From positions 64,001 to 128,000 of IMG/VR virus record IMGVR_UViG_3300042691_047309: a stretch of DNA of 64,000 bases; one strand, 5' to 3'. Under the pieces are notes generated by a model. That model was not told where the DNA came from. It was given only the letters and a program-made list of their open reading frames with translations, and made no database searches. The translations under genes were made by a program, and so were the position numbers. Origin of the DNA: a virus. This document shows, in pieces, positions 47,530 through 56,708 of this stretch (positions are counted from its first letter, which is position 1; each line of letters opens with the position of its first letter).

Positions 47530-47928
47530 ATGAGCGAAGAAACAAAACAACTAAAAGTATCCAATGAGTTTGTTGATATTTTTAAAAACTTCAATGTTGT
47601 AAATAAAGTTGAAGAAATGAAAGCACTTTCTAAGAAAGAACTATATTTATTATTAACACTCTGCTTGGATAAGCACGATGATGAACAACCAACTGTTGTT
47701 TATAACTTTCAACCGTTTAGAGAACAAGTGATGGAGTTATTTGAAATTCAGGATGATAAAGAAACTCTCAATCCGGTTCTAAAAGAGCTTATTGAAGAAA
47801 GCGGTGATAAATACATTGAAACTGATAATATTGTTGATGAAACAGGAAATAAACTTCCAGAGCCTTTAACAAAAGAGGAAGTGAGAGATGTAAAAATTAA
47901 TATCATCAATAGTGATGATTCAAAATAA
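47530..47928 (+). CDS. Acidic hypothetical protein with RDVKINII tail
   Basis: ORF track; tail motif. Confidence 0.75.
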   Translation: MSEETKQLKVSNEFVDIFKNFNVVNKVEEMKALSKKELYLLLTLCLDKHDDEQPTVVYNFQPFREQVMELFEIQDDKETLNPVLKELIEESGDKYIETDNIVDETGNKLPEPLTKEEVRDVKINIINSDDSK

Positions 47929-47954
47929 TTTCCTAAATTTGTAAAAAAATAATT

Positions 47955-49202
47955 ATGCAAGAAGATATTCAAAATCCAGTAACTGAAGAAGTAAGAACTG
48001 AACCAATCATTGGTGAGTTTAAACCAAAACGTAAATTCTTAAACTTTGTTTCTGCTGTAAATGGTGCTCGTGTTCGTTTCATTCGTGATGTTGCCTTTCT
48101 TAAAGGTGAAAAACTATCTGGTGTTTTAGAAGGGGCTATATTTAAAATAACTATTTGTGATGAAGGTACAATTAACATTGAAGAACAGGAAGGAACTAAT
48201 CTTTCTGATAAATCAATGATCCAAAGACTTCTTAATGAAATCGATGAAATCGATGTTACTGGTTATGCTCAAAAGTTTGTTGTCGCTGGATTAGAGTTCG
48301 CTGATGTAAAAGGTGACCGTTGTTACTTAGAAGTAGAACATCAAAAACCAATTGATAAATTAAAATCACTTTTTGATGAAGAGGAAAAAGTTGAGGTTTC
48401 TGAAAAGAGTTTGAGTTTACTTGATGATTTATTTGGGAGTGATGAAGAAGAGTGGGATGAGGATCATGCACTTTCAGAAGTGATGAATTCTATGTTAGAT
48501 GATCTATCAGAAGAAGATGTTAAGACAATTATTGAAGCAAATGAAAATCCAGCTGAACCTAATGATAAATTAAAAGAGGCTGCTGAGTCATATATGGAAA
48601 AACAATTCCGTAAAATGCATGAAGCAAAAATCATTGAGTTAGAATACCGTATTGAAGAAACTCAGAGAGAAATCATTCGATATAAAAATGATGCTAAACA
48701 AGCTGAGTCAAAGGCTGAAGAAAAAGTTGAAGCACTTGGTATTTTAGAAACTCGATTAGAAACAATGAAACCAGGTGACGAACCTAATGGTTATGTATTT
48801 TTTGTATCTGAGGAAATGAAAGATATGGAAGAACTTGATGAAACCGAAGCTAAAGTAGCTGCTAAGATTGCAGATATTATGAAGTTGAAGAAAGACGTTT
48901 TGGTTAAGATGTTGACAGAAGGCTACTACAAAATCAAAATTGCTAAGTCCGATGATATTTCAAATCAAGACTTTGAATTAGACAAAGAAATCTATAATAA
49001 GATTATGACTTTAGATATTGATGGTAAGATGTCACTTACTGATAGTGAGTTTCGATACCGTGGTAAATTAAACTGGCATCAACTTGTCTCTAAAATGATT
49101 AAATCTGGATTTGCTCAAGATGAAGAGTTTGATAAACTTTGCAACTCTAATTCTTATGAAAGTCACGAAGAAGAAAAAGAATCTGATAAAACTGAAGAGT
49201 AA
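47955..49202 (+). CDS. Acidic coiled-coil hypothetical protein
   Basis: 415-aa ORF; TAAATTTG at 47934. Confidence 0.8.
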   Translation: MQEDIQNPVTEEVRTEPIIGEFKPKRKFLNFVSAVNGARVRFIRDVAFLKGEKLSGVLEGAIFKITICDEGTINIEEQEGTNLSDKSMIQRLLNEIDEIDVTGYAQKFVVAGLEFADVKGDRCYLEVEHQKPIDKLKSLFDEEEKVEVSEKSLSLLDDLFGSDEEEWDEDHALSEVMNSMLDDLSEEDVKTIIEANENPAEPNDKLKEAAESYMEKQFRKMHEAKIIELEYRIEETQREIIRYKNDAKQAESKAEEKVEALGILETRLETMKPGDEPNGYVFFVSEEMKDMEELDETEAKVAAKIADIMKLKKDVLVKMLTEGYYKIKIAKSDDISNQDFELDKEIYNKIMTLDIDGKMSLTDSEFRYRGKLNWHQLVSKMIKSGFAQDEEFDKLCNSNSYESHEEEKESDKTEE

Positions 49203-49204
49203 AA

Positions 49205-49591
49205 ATGAATATGGGGTTTACAAGATATTGGGAATTTGAGAGATTAAATAGTGAGAAGTTTAAAGAGTTCTCTAATATCTGTCAGTTACTTATAGATAAT
49301 ATGGATATTCCACTTGATGATGTCACCGTTAATGAAGCACAAGTAAGATTCAATGGAGTTGATGATGATGGTCATGAAACATTCAATTTCTCTTTAAATA
49401 AAGATGGATTTAACTTTTGTAAAACAGCTACTAAACCTTACGATGAAGTTGTGTATGGTTGTCTTTATATTGCTAAGTTAATATTCGAAGATAGTGTAAA
49501 GATAAATCAAGATTGTAAAGAAGACGAACCTTATGTAAAAAAAGTAATATCTATTCTAAGAGAAAATAAACTTAATCAACTATTAAAATAA
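49205..49591 (+). CDS. Conserved-looking phage protein with RENKLNQLL tail
   Basis: MGFTRYW...FNG...GHETF...FNFCKTA.KPYD.VV..CL. Confidence 0.78.
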   Translation: MNMGFTRYWEFERLNSEKFKEFSNICQLLIDNMDIPLDDVTVNEAQVRFNGVDDDGHETFNFSLNKDGFNFCKTATKPYDEVVYGCLYIAKLIFEDSVKINQDCKEDEPYVKKVISILRENKLNQLLK

Positions 49592-49598
49592 AAAAAAT

Positions 49599-50069
49599 AT
49601 GATAACTAAAGAAAACCTGAAAATAAAACTTACTAGATTAAGAAGAATAATTAAAGTTTTTTATTTAAAAACATTTAAAACTCTTGGTAAAGAAAAGAGG
49701 CTTAAAAAACCAAAAAAACTTACCGAGTCTGAAGATACTGCTTGTGAGATATTTTTAACAATATTACACAATAAGGATAGTAAATTACATTATGATATTC
49801 AAACACAGGAATGTTATATAAGTTCTTCAGATAAAACACTTTTTGTCTTTTTAGAAGCTGGTAATGTTAAGATTATTAATTCTGTTTTTGGGTATGATGT
49901 GCATATACGTCAAGACTTAGAGGCTTATCTACTTGACAAATTTATTAGAGAAATGAGTATTAGAAGAAATGCTTTCAAAAAAGAAGTTCTTTCTAAAATA
50001 AATCACTCTTTAGACAGCACTCTTGATAGAATTAAAGACTGGGATAAAGAATCAAAAAGTAAAAAATAA
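49599..50069 (+). CDS. Hypothetical protein
   Basis: ORF track. Confidence 0.72.
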   Translation: MITKENLKIKLTRLRRIIKVFYLKTFKTLGKEKRLKKPKKLTESEDTACEIFLTILHNKDSKLHYDIQTQECYISSSDKTLFVFLEAGNVKIINSVFGYDVHIRQDLEAYLLDKFIREMSIRRNAFKKEVLSKINHSLDSTLDRIKDWDKESKSKK

Positions 50070-50118
50070 TTAGGTTTATCAATTAATAAATACTATATTT
50101 GTAAAAAATATTCTAAAA

Positions 50119-51612
50119 ATGATAATTAAGAACATTCACGAAAAATTACTTAACGGTATCCAAACGATGCTTATTGATACTAAAATCAATTTGCCTTACT
50201 ACGGAGAATTCAACCTACACGTTTCATTTCATGAGCAAGATTCAATTGGAACCTGTGCTGTAAATGTTACCTCAAAAGGTATGAACTTCTTTTATTCTCC
50301 AAAGTTTTTGGAAAATATGTCTCAGAAAGAAGTGAACTTCATCACATTACATGAAGATTTTCACTTACTTTTTAATCATCCTCGTAGAACAATCACTGGT
50401 CAATACGATCACAAATTGTCCAACATCGCTCAAGATATGATTATTAATCACGTTATCTGGGAAGATATCCCACACGCTTTTGTTGAAATTCCAAAGTCTC
50501 CAGATGGTAAGAATATGGCACTTTTTGTTCCGAAAGAATATGAAGGTAAACTTATCTTTGAAGAGCTTTACGAATGGTTGAAAGAAGAAAAAGAAAAATG
50601 GCAGAAAGAACAAAAACAAAACTCTCAATGTCAGTCTTGTGGTGGATCTGGAAAGAAACAAGATGGTCAATGTCAGCAACCTCAAAAAAGTGATGACCAA
50701 AAACAAGATGGTAAGGGAAAAGGTGAAAAACAAAATGGTGAAGGAGACCAACCAGAGGATGGTCAAAGTCAATCAGAAGGTCAGGGTCAAGGAGAATCTT
50801 GTACAGATTGTCAAGGAACTGGTAATGAAGAAGGAAAAGACTCTTCCGGAAAACCTTCTTATGGACCCTATGGTAAAAATCCATCTAAAGATGGTGAGTC
50901 ACTTGATACTTGGTCCAAAGAGCAAATCTTCCAAGATATGGAGAATGGGAATGGAGAGTATCTTGACAAACACATCGGTGATGATGTACCTGAAGAATTG
51001 AGAGATGCGATGGTTAAGGATGTTATGGAGAGATTAGCCGCTCGTGGTTTATCAGCGGGTAATGTTGAACAAACACTAAACAAACTTCGTAAGAAACGAA
51101 AAGATTATCTTCGTGAAATCAAAAGAGCAGTTTCTAATATGATTTTTGGAACTGTTAAAGAACGAACAATTGTTAAACCTAATCGAAAAGGTATATCTGG
51201 TTTAAAAGGTAATCGTAAAGTTAAAACCAAAATTAATTGTATCTTAGACACATCAGGTTCAATGGGTGGAACTTTTGAGAGAGTTTTGAACTATGTTTAT
51301 CGTAATGATATTGAAATCAATTTGATTGAGGCTGATACTGAGGTTAAATGGATTGAAAATATTAAAAATGCGAAAAAACTTGAAACTCTTAAAATCAAAG
51401 GTCTTGGAGGAACAATTCTTCAACCTGCGATTGACTTAGTTGCTGACCAATACAATGAGTTTAACACTGTTGTATTGACTGATGGTTACTGCGACTCTCT
51501 TGACTTATCTAAGATTAAAGGTAGAGTCTTAATGGTATCGATTGGTGTAAAAGTTCCGATTTCTCGTTCTAATGGAAAAGTCAAGCAGATTATGGTTGAG
51601 AAAGAAAACTAA
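50119..51612 (+). CDS. DUF2201-like metallopeptidase + VWA protein with a split DnaJ-type Zn-finger insert
   Basis: LHEDFH (HExxH); NIAQD..IN; CQSCGGSG and CTDCQGTG; ILDTSGSM, GGT, VLTDG MIDAS. Confidence 0.88.
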   Translation: MIIKNIHEKLLNGIQTMLIDTKINLPYYGEFNLHVSFHEQDSIGTCAVNVTSKGMNFFYSPKFLENMSQKEVNFITLHEDFHLLFNHPRRTITGQYDHKLSNIAQDMIINHVIWEDIPHAFVEIPKSPDGKNMALFVPKEYEGKLIFEELYEWLKEEKEKWQKEQKQNSQCQSCGGSGKKQDGQCQQPQKSDDQKQDGKGKGEKQNGEGDQPEDGQSQSEGQGQGESCTDCQGTGNEEGKDSSGKPSYGPYGKNPSKDGESLDTWSKEQIFQDMENGNGEYLDKHIGDDVPEELRDAMVKDVMERLAARGLSAGNVEQTLNKLRKKRKDYLREIKRAVSNMIFGTVKERTIVKPNRKGISGLKGNRKVKTKINCILDTSGSMGGTFERVLNYVYRNDIEINLIEADTEVKWIENIKNAKKLETLKIKGLGGTILQPAIDLVADQYNEFNTVVLTDGYCDSLDLSKIKGRVLMVSIGVKVPISRSNGKVKQIMVEKEN

Positions 51613-51614
51613 TC

Positions 51615-51643
51615 AAAAAGACCAACCTATAGTTGGTCTTTTT
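51615..51643. terminator. Intrinsic terminator
   Basis: AAAAAGACCAAC-CTATA-GTTGGTCTTTTT. Confidence 0.85.
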
Positions 51644-51666
51644 ATTTTAATAAATATATTTGTAAT

Positions 51667-52233
51667 ATGAAAGTAATTTTTTTGGATTTTGATGGTGTTA
51701 TGTGTCTCTCTGAGCAATGGGGTGGACGAGCTAAAAAAATGCTAAAGTTTCAAAGAGAATTTCCGGGTTCAACTGAAGATGATATGCCAGCTTGGATTAA
51801 GCTAGATAATTTTGATTTTAAGGCAACTAAAGTTCTTAACTCTATTTTATTACATCACGATGTTGAGATAGTTTGCTCTTCAGATTGGAAATTATTTGCT
51901 ACTTTAGATCAACTTCAAGATATGTTTGATAAATACGGTGTGATTAAATCACCAATAGATGTCACACCAACTCTTGTTAAGTATGAGTCTAAATCTCAAT
52001 TCACACAAAGTGAATTAGAGCAATGGAGAGTTAAAGAAATTAAAACGTGGTTAGATTTACATCCAGAAGTAACACACTGGGTTGCTGTTGATGATATGGA
52101 CTTAGGTGAGAAGTTTGGTCCTATTTCTGGAAATTCCAATGGTGGTCTAACTAACTTCATATTAACTAAGCAGTATATTGGAATTAAACAATCCGGAATA
52201 AAAGAAAAAATCATTAAGTTCTTAAATGATTAA
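51667..52233 (+). CDS. HAD-superfamily phosphatase (RNA-repair 'Swiss Army Knife' type)
   Basis: VIFLDFDGV; IVCSSDW; R..EI..WL..H; WVAVDD. Confidence 0.85.
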   Translation: MKVIFLDFDGVMCLSEQWGGRAKKMLKFQREFPGSTEDDMPAWIKLDNFDFKATKVLNSILLHHDVEIVCSSDWKLFATLDQLQDMFDKYGVIKSPIDVTPTLVKYESKSQFTQSELEQWRVKEIKTWLDLHPEVTHWVAVDDMDLGEKFGPISGNSNGGLTNFILTKQYIGIKQSGIKEKIIKFLND

Positions 52234-52723
52234 TGTTTTAGAAATGGACATGAGTATTGAATACAAGTTCGCGTGGAATGTAGCTGCTCGAGCTTGTTTC
52301 AGTATTTTCTATATCCTACCAGACTGTATGTTACTTTATAGACATCAAGTGTCGGAACCATATATCTGGACTAAATTCGGATGTAATCACCCTGATAAAA
52401 TAGATTTAGTAAAACTAGATGGTAAAAATCTAATGTTATTTCATGTTGATGTTTATAAAGAAAAAACTCATAAATTTAAAGACCTAATTGATTATTGTCA
52501 GTCTAATAACATTGATATCTGGATTCCTTTTCCACTTAAAAACCTTTGGAGAACTGAAGAGCCTCATCTTCAGATTATGAAAGATATACTAGATAATTAT
52601 CAATACAGCACTTACGATTTAACTGGAATGAACTACAGGAGTGAAAATGAAATAAGTAGATTGGTTAAAGAAAAAACGAAACCTATATTAAGAGATATAA
52701 AATTAAGAAACTTATTTGATTAA
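52226..52723 (+). CDS. Hypothetical protein with RDIKLRNLF tail
   Basis: ORF track; tail motif. Confidence 0.75.
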   Translation: MINVLEMDMSIEYKFAWNVAARACFSIFYILPDCMLLYRHQVSEPYIWTKFGCNHPDKIDLVKLDGKNLMLFHVDVYKEKTHKFKDLIDYCQSNNIDIWIPFPLKNLWRTEEPHLQIMKDILDNYQYSTYDLTGMNYRSENEISRLVKEKTKPILRDIKLRNLFD

Positions 52724-52974
52724 TATTCTATTTTCTCAACATCATCTAAATCAACATAGTATTCATTACCATCGATTTCTACTGTTATTAAACCATCTTC
52801 ATCTATATCGACCGGAGTAATTGGATCTTTTGGATCATTATCAGGATATTCTTTAACAATTGTAGAATAGATAACTCCTCTTTTCTTAATACATTTTATT
52901 ATATCATCAATTGTGATAAGAGTTCCTTCTTCATTATTCTGTTTGAAATCCTCAAATAATTTTATCCATTTCAT
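52720..52974 (-). CDS. Small protein with CTS-like leader (MKWIKLFEDF)
   Basis: ORF track; TTAATATATA 4 nt upstream. Confidence 0.75.
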   Translation of the reverse strand: MKWIKLFEDFKQNNEEGTLITIDDIIKCIKKRGVIYSTIVKEYPDNDPKDPITPVDIDEDGLITVEIDGNEYYVDLDDVEKIEY

Positions 52975-52978
52975 AAAT

Positions 52979-53002
52979 TATATATTAAAAACTTAATATA
53001 TA
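52979..53002. promoter_or_regulatory. Back-to-back divergent putative late promoters
   Basis: TATATATTAA-AAAC-TTAATATATA inverted pair, each directly upstream of a CTS-leader gene. Confidence 0.75.
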
Positions 53003-53008
53003 AAAAGT

Positions 53009-53821
53009 ATGAAGTATATTAAAAGATTCAACGAAGAGCTTAAACCAGAAACTTATATTAGTGCTGGTTATAGATTAAAAAATTTACCAGGTGGTGGAAA
53101 AAGAAGATCTTCACCTCTTATTGATTATGGTTTTGGGAAAAAGTATGGTTTCTATAAAATGCACTGGGCTAATGGTTCATCTCTTTTAGGAAAAGATTTA
53201 ACATTTACTAATCTAATATGTGAGAGTTACTTTGGGAGACCTGACTCTTCAAAAATTGAGACTTTTAGGTATTCAGCAGAAGATGCTGTGGAACTGTGGA
53301 AACAAGGTAATCATCCTCTTTGTATGACTTTTAATTTTGTTTTTCAATCTACTGAAGAAACAAAAGATAAATTAAATAGTAGTAGTGAACTTAATACCAA
53401 CTGTCCAATGTTCTCATTTGAGATTTGGTTTAGTAACTGGGAAGAAGGTTTAGATTCTTATAATTGGGATTATGATACTGAAGAGCCAATGACTGGAGAT
53501 ACCGTAGTTGATTTAAATGGTATGTATAAATGGACTAATGAACTTACAATCTATAAGAAGAAACCTGTTAAAATGTATTACTCAAAATCATATCCTTTCT
53601 GTGGTATATTTTCAGATAGAGCTTCTGCTTTGAAATTCAAAAAAGAATTAAACAGTTTAATGGATCCACATAAAGAAAAAGTTATGGAACTTTTAAGCTG
53701 TGTTAATGCTTCTGCTGACGACATAGAAGATTTTGAAGATAGAATCAATAAAATAAGTTTAAATCATCTTTTCTCAGTTGATGAAAAAACAACCAATTGG
53801 TTCACATACAATGAATTGTAA
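53009..53821 (+). CDS. Paralog array member 1 (CTS-like leader MKYIKRFNEEL)
   Basis: Shared NEELKP.TY.SA and F.DR.SA.KF motifs. Confidence 0.82.
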   Translation: MKYIKRFNEELKPETYISAGYRLKNLPGGGKRRSSPLIDYGFGKKYGFYKMHWANGSSLLGKDLTFTNLICESYFGRPDSSKIETFRYSAEDAVELWKQGNHPLCMTFNFVFQSTEETKDKLNSSSELNTNCPMFSFEIWFSNWEEGLDSYNWDYDTEEPMTGDTVVDLNGMYKWTNELTIYKKKPVKMYYSKSYPFCGIFSDRASALKFKKELNSLMDPHKEKVMELLSCVNASADDIEDFEDRINKISLNHLFSVDEKTTNWFTYNEL

Positions 53822-53834
53822 ATAAATTAATAAT

Positions 53835-54560
53835 ATGAAACACTTAAAGAAATTTAACGAAGAACTTAGACCACAGACTTATATGTCTGCTGCTAGAAAA
53901 TTAGATAAATTAGGTCACCACGATAGAGCAAATGCTTTAAAAGACTGGGCTAAAGAAACTGAGAAAAAAGAAGAAATGATTAAGTGGCAAGACCGCATAC
54001 AAGATTATGCTCAGTTTGGAACATTTAAATTGACTATAAAAAATCCAGAAACTAATGAAACATTAACTGGTGATTTTCATTTAGATGTTAATTTTGATGA
54101 TTTATCATTTAGTGATGAGCCTGAAAGTGGTATAACTTTCTTCTTAGGTTTAATTCCAACTTCTGAAGATTTAATCTATCAGTATATGGAACTTTGTCCA
54201 GATTATGATTTCGGAAACGGTTTCTTCTGGGGTAAAATCTTTAATTTACAATATGAATTAGGAGATACTGTTGTATTTACTAAGTGGAATATGTGGGACT
54301 ATGATGATGAAATGAATGGTAAAATAAATTTTGCTGACAGAGCATCTGCTAACAAGTTCAAGAATTTAATTATACAAATATTTAGTAATCCACAATTAGG
54401 TTATCCATCTGGATATACCGACGCTGATGACTTATATGAAAAATTAACTAATACTATCTTAGCAGAGAACTCATTCTCTTCTGATTATGGATTTAAATTA
54501 GAAGATGCTGCTGAATACATGAGAACAATTAGTCCAAATTTACTTTCTTCTACACTATGA
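53835..54560 (+). CDS. Paralog array member 2 (MKHLKKFNEEL)
   Basis: NEELRPQTYMSAARKL.KLGH..R; FADRASANKFKNL. Confidence 0.82.
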   Translation: MKHLKKFNEELRPQTYMSAARKLDKLGHHDRANALKDWAKETEKKEEMIKWQDRIQDYAQFGTFKLTIKNPETNETLTGDFHLDVNFDDLSFSDEPESGITFFLGLIPTSEDLIYQYMELCPDYDFGNGFFWGKIFNLQYELGDTVVFTKWNMWDYDDEMNGKINFADRASANKFKNLIIQIFSNPQLGYPSGYTDADDLYEKLTNTILAENSFSSDYGFKLEDAAEYMRTISPNLLSSTL

Positions 54561-55417
54561 GATACTTAAAAAGATTTAATGAAGAGTTAAAAGCATCTAC
54601 TTACAAAAAAGCAGGTGAGAAATTCACTCAGATGGGTCACAAAAGAAGAGGATCTGAATTATTAGATTATGCAACTCAAGTTGAATTAAAAGAAAAATAT
54701 CAAAAATTAAGACAGGCTCAGGATGAAAATAAGGAGTATGGTTTATTTGATATTACGATGACAAGAGGTTATGGGTCAAATAAGAAAGATGTATTTTCTG
54801 GTAAATTTTATCTACAAATGTGTTTAGAATCTGATTGGTTCAAAGACCAATTATGGGATTGGTTTTATGAAGGTATGGATTGGCATATGGGAATTGCTAT
54901 GGAGTTTGCCATTATACCAGCTGATGACGAAACACTTAGAATGTTGGAAACAAGTGAAGACGGAGATATAGTGTATTTTAGAAATAATACTATGTGGGGA
55001 GATGACTATAGATACTGGACAAATAGACTTTGGCTTACACTCTGTGATAAAAATGCAGTTCCTCTTTATATAGCAGGTGCTGGTGGATTTGAAGATAGAG
55101 ATTCTTTTACATTCCATTTTAATTCAAGATCAGAAGCTATGAAATTTAGAAACTTATTGGCTAATACATTAGAAGGAAAATCTGATTGGGGTTCTTATAA
55201 TGGTAGAACGATTTCTGACCAATTAAAATCAACAATTATTATGGATGAAGAAGACTGGAGATCAAAACTAATGGATAAGTTTTTACCGGGTAGAGAAGAT
55301 GAATATGATATTAATAATCCAGATACTTGGCCAAAAAATACTTTTACAGAAGATACTTACAAAGGAGCTATCGAGGCGGTTAAGAGAATGTCAGTAAATG
55401 GTTTATATAGAGATTAA
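54557..55417 (+). CDS. Paralog array member 3 (MRYLKRFNEEL)
   Basis: NEELKASTY..A..K...GH..R; FNSRSEAMKFRNL; ends NGLYRD. Confidence 0.82.
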   Translation: MRYLKRFNEELKASTYKKAGEKFTQMGHKRRGSELLDYATQVELKEKYQKLRQAQDENKEYGLFDITMTRGYGSNKKDVFSGKFYLQMCLESDWFKDQLWDWFYEGMDWHMGIAMEFAIIPADDETLRMLETSEDGDIVYFRNNTMWGDDYRYWTNRLWLTLCDKNAVPLYIAGAGGFEDRDSFTFHFNSRSEAMKFRNLLANTLEGKSDWGSYNGRTISDQLKSTIIMDEEDWRSKLMDKFLPGREDEYDINNPDTWPKNTFTEDTYKGAIEAVKRMSVNGLYRD

Positions 55418-55420
55418 GAG

Positions 55421-56692
55421 ATGAAGTATTTAAAAAGATATGAAGAAGCTGTCGGTGTTAGATTGAAATCAGAATTGAAATCAACAGTTGAAGATTTGCT
55501 TATTGATTTAAGAGATGATGAATTTGAAACTAAAGTATCTGAAATAGATTATCATTCTCAAAAAGTAAAGGTCAAAGTCAATATACAAAGAGATAGAGAA
55601 TTTACTTATGAAGATATAAAACCTCAAATTGAATCTATTTGGTCTTATTTAAATGAAGAAGGATTTACAATTGAAAACTTCACTAGTGTAGAAGACTGGG
55701 AAAACTTTGAAGAACCAGAAGACGAATTTACAATTCATCAAAAAGATAAAGGTTATGTGTGGTCCACTGGTGAAGATGGTGAGATTAAATCTATTGACAA
55801 AGAATTTCAAAGAAGACCAAATGTCATGATTTCACCAATATATAATCCAGAAAACTTTGATAGAATTCAAAAGTGGATATTTGAGATTTCATTTACTAAA
55901 GATAAAATTGTAGTTGATAGAAAGAGAGGTCATCTTACAACTAATGAAGAGTTAAAACCACAAACATATATAAGTGCTGCTGATAAACTAACTAAGTTAG
56001 GTCATATTAAAAGACCTGAGCAATTAAAATCTTGGGCTGAAACTATTAAGCAAAGAGAAATAGATACTAAACACAAAATGGCTTTAGAAGAAGCAAAAAA
56101 ATTAGGACAATTTCAATTAAGATTTGTTGGTAGAGGAAGTGAAATAAGGTTTGCAAACTGTTACATTCAACTTTATTTTAATTCCGATTATTACCTAAGT
56201 GAGATGTTACCAGAGTGGTTAGATGGTGAGAGAAACACACTTTGGTCACAGTTTATGTTTGGGATTCATCCGGTTTCTTCAGAAGATTTAGAAGTTTTAA
56301 ATTGGTTTTCTGGTGATATTAAAGGTTATACAAATAGAGCGAATGGTATAATCTGGTTACAAGATGTTTATATCAATCTGACAAATCAAAACTGCAAAGA
56401 TGAAGATGGTGTGACTTTACCTATGACCCCTTCAGGTGTAGTTTCAATCGAATGCTCTGAATTTAGTGAAGTTTATTTTGCAAATAGAAGAGAAGCTATT
56501 AAGTTTAGAAATTTATTAGTCGATCTTTTCGAGGGAGATATAGATTACATACAACCGAATGGTAAAGACTTTAAAGAAGATATAATTGAAACTTGGTGTG
56601 ATCATGAAGAAAGACCAGTTGAACTTTCAGAGTTAGAAGATTTTATTGATAAACTTAGAGTAATGAGATTAAATTCATTATATAGAGATTAA
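55421..56692 (+). CDS. Paralog array member 4 with an extra N-terminal domain (MKYLKRYEEA)
   Basis: Internal NEELKPQTYISAADKL.KLGH..R; FANRREAIKFRNL; ends NSLYRD. Confidence 0.82.
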   Translation: MKYLKRYEEAVGVRLKSELKSTVEDLLIDLRDDEFETKVSEIDYHSQKVKVKVNIQRDREFTYEDIKPQIESIWSYLNEEGFTIENFTSVEDWENFEEPEDEFTIHQKDKGYVWSTGEDGEIKSIDKEFQRRPNVMISPIYNPENFDRIQKWIFEISFTKDKIVVDRKRGHLTTNEELKPQTYISAADKLTKLGHIKRPEQLKSWAETIKQREIDTKHKMALEEAKKLGQFQLRFVGRGSEIRFANCYIQLYFNSDYYLSEMLPEWLDGERNTLWSQFMFGIHPVSSEDLEVLNWFSGDIKGYTNRANGIIWLQDVYINLTNQNCKDEDGVTLPMTPSGVVSIECSEFSEVYFANRREAIKFRNLLVDLFEGDIDYIQPNGKDFKEDIIETWCDHEERPVELSELEDFIDKLRVMRLNSLYRD

Positions 56693-56708
56693 TTATTATA
56701 TTTACAAA

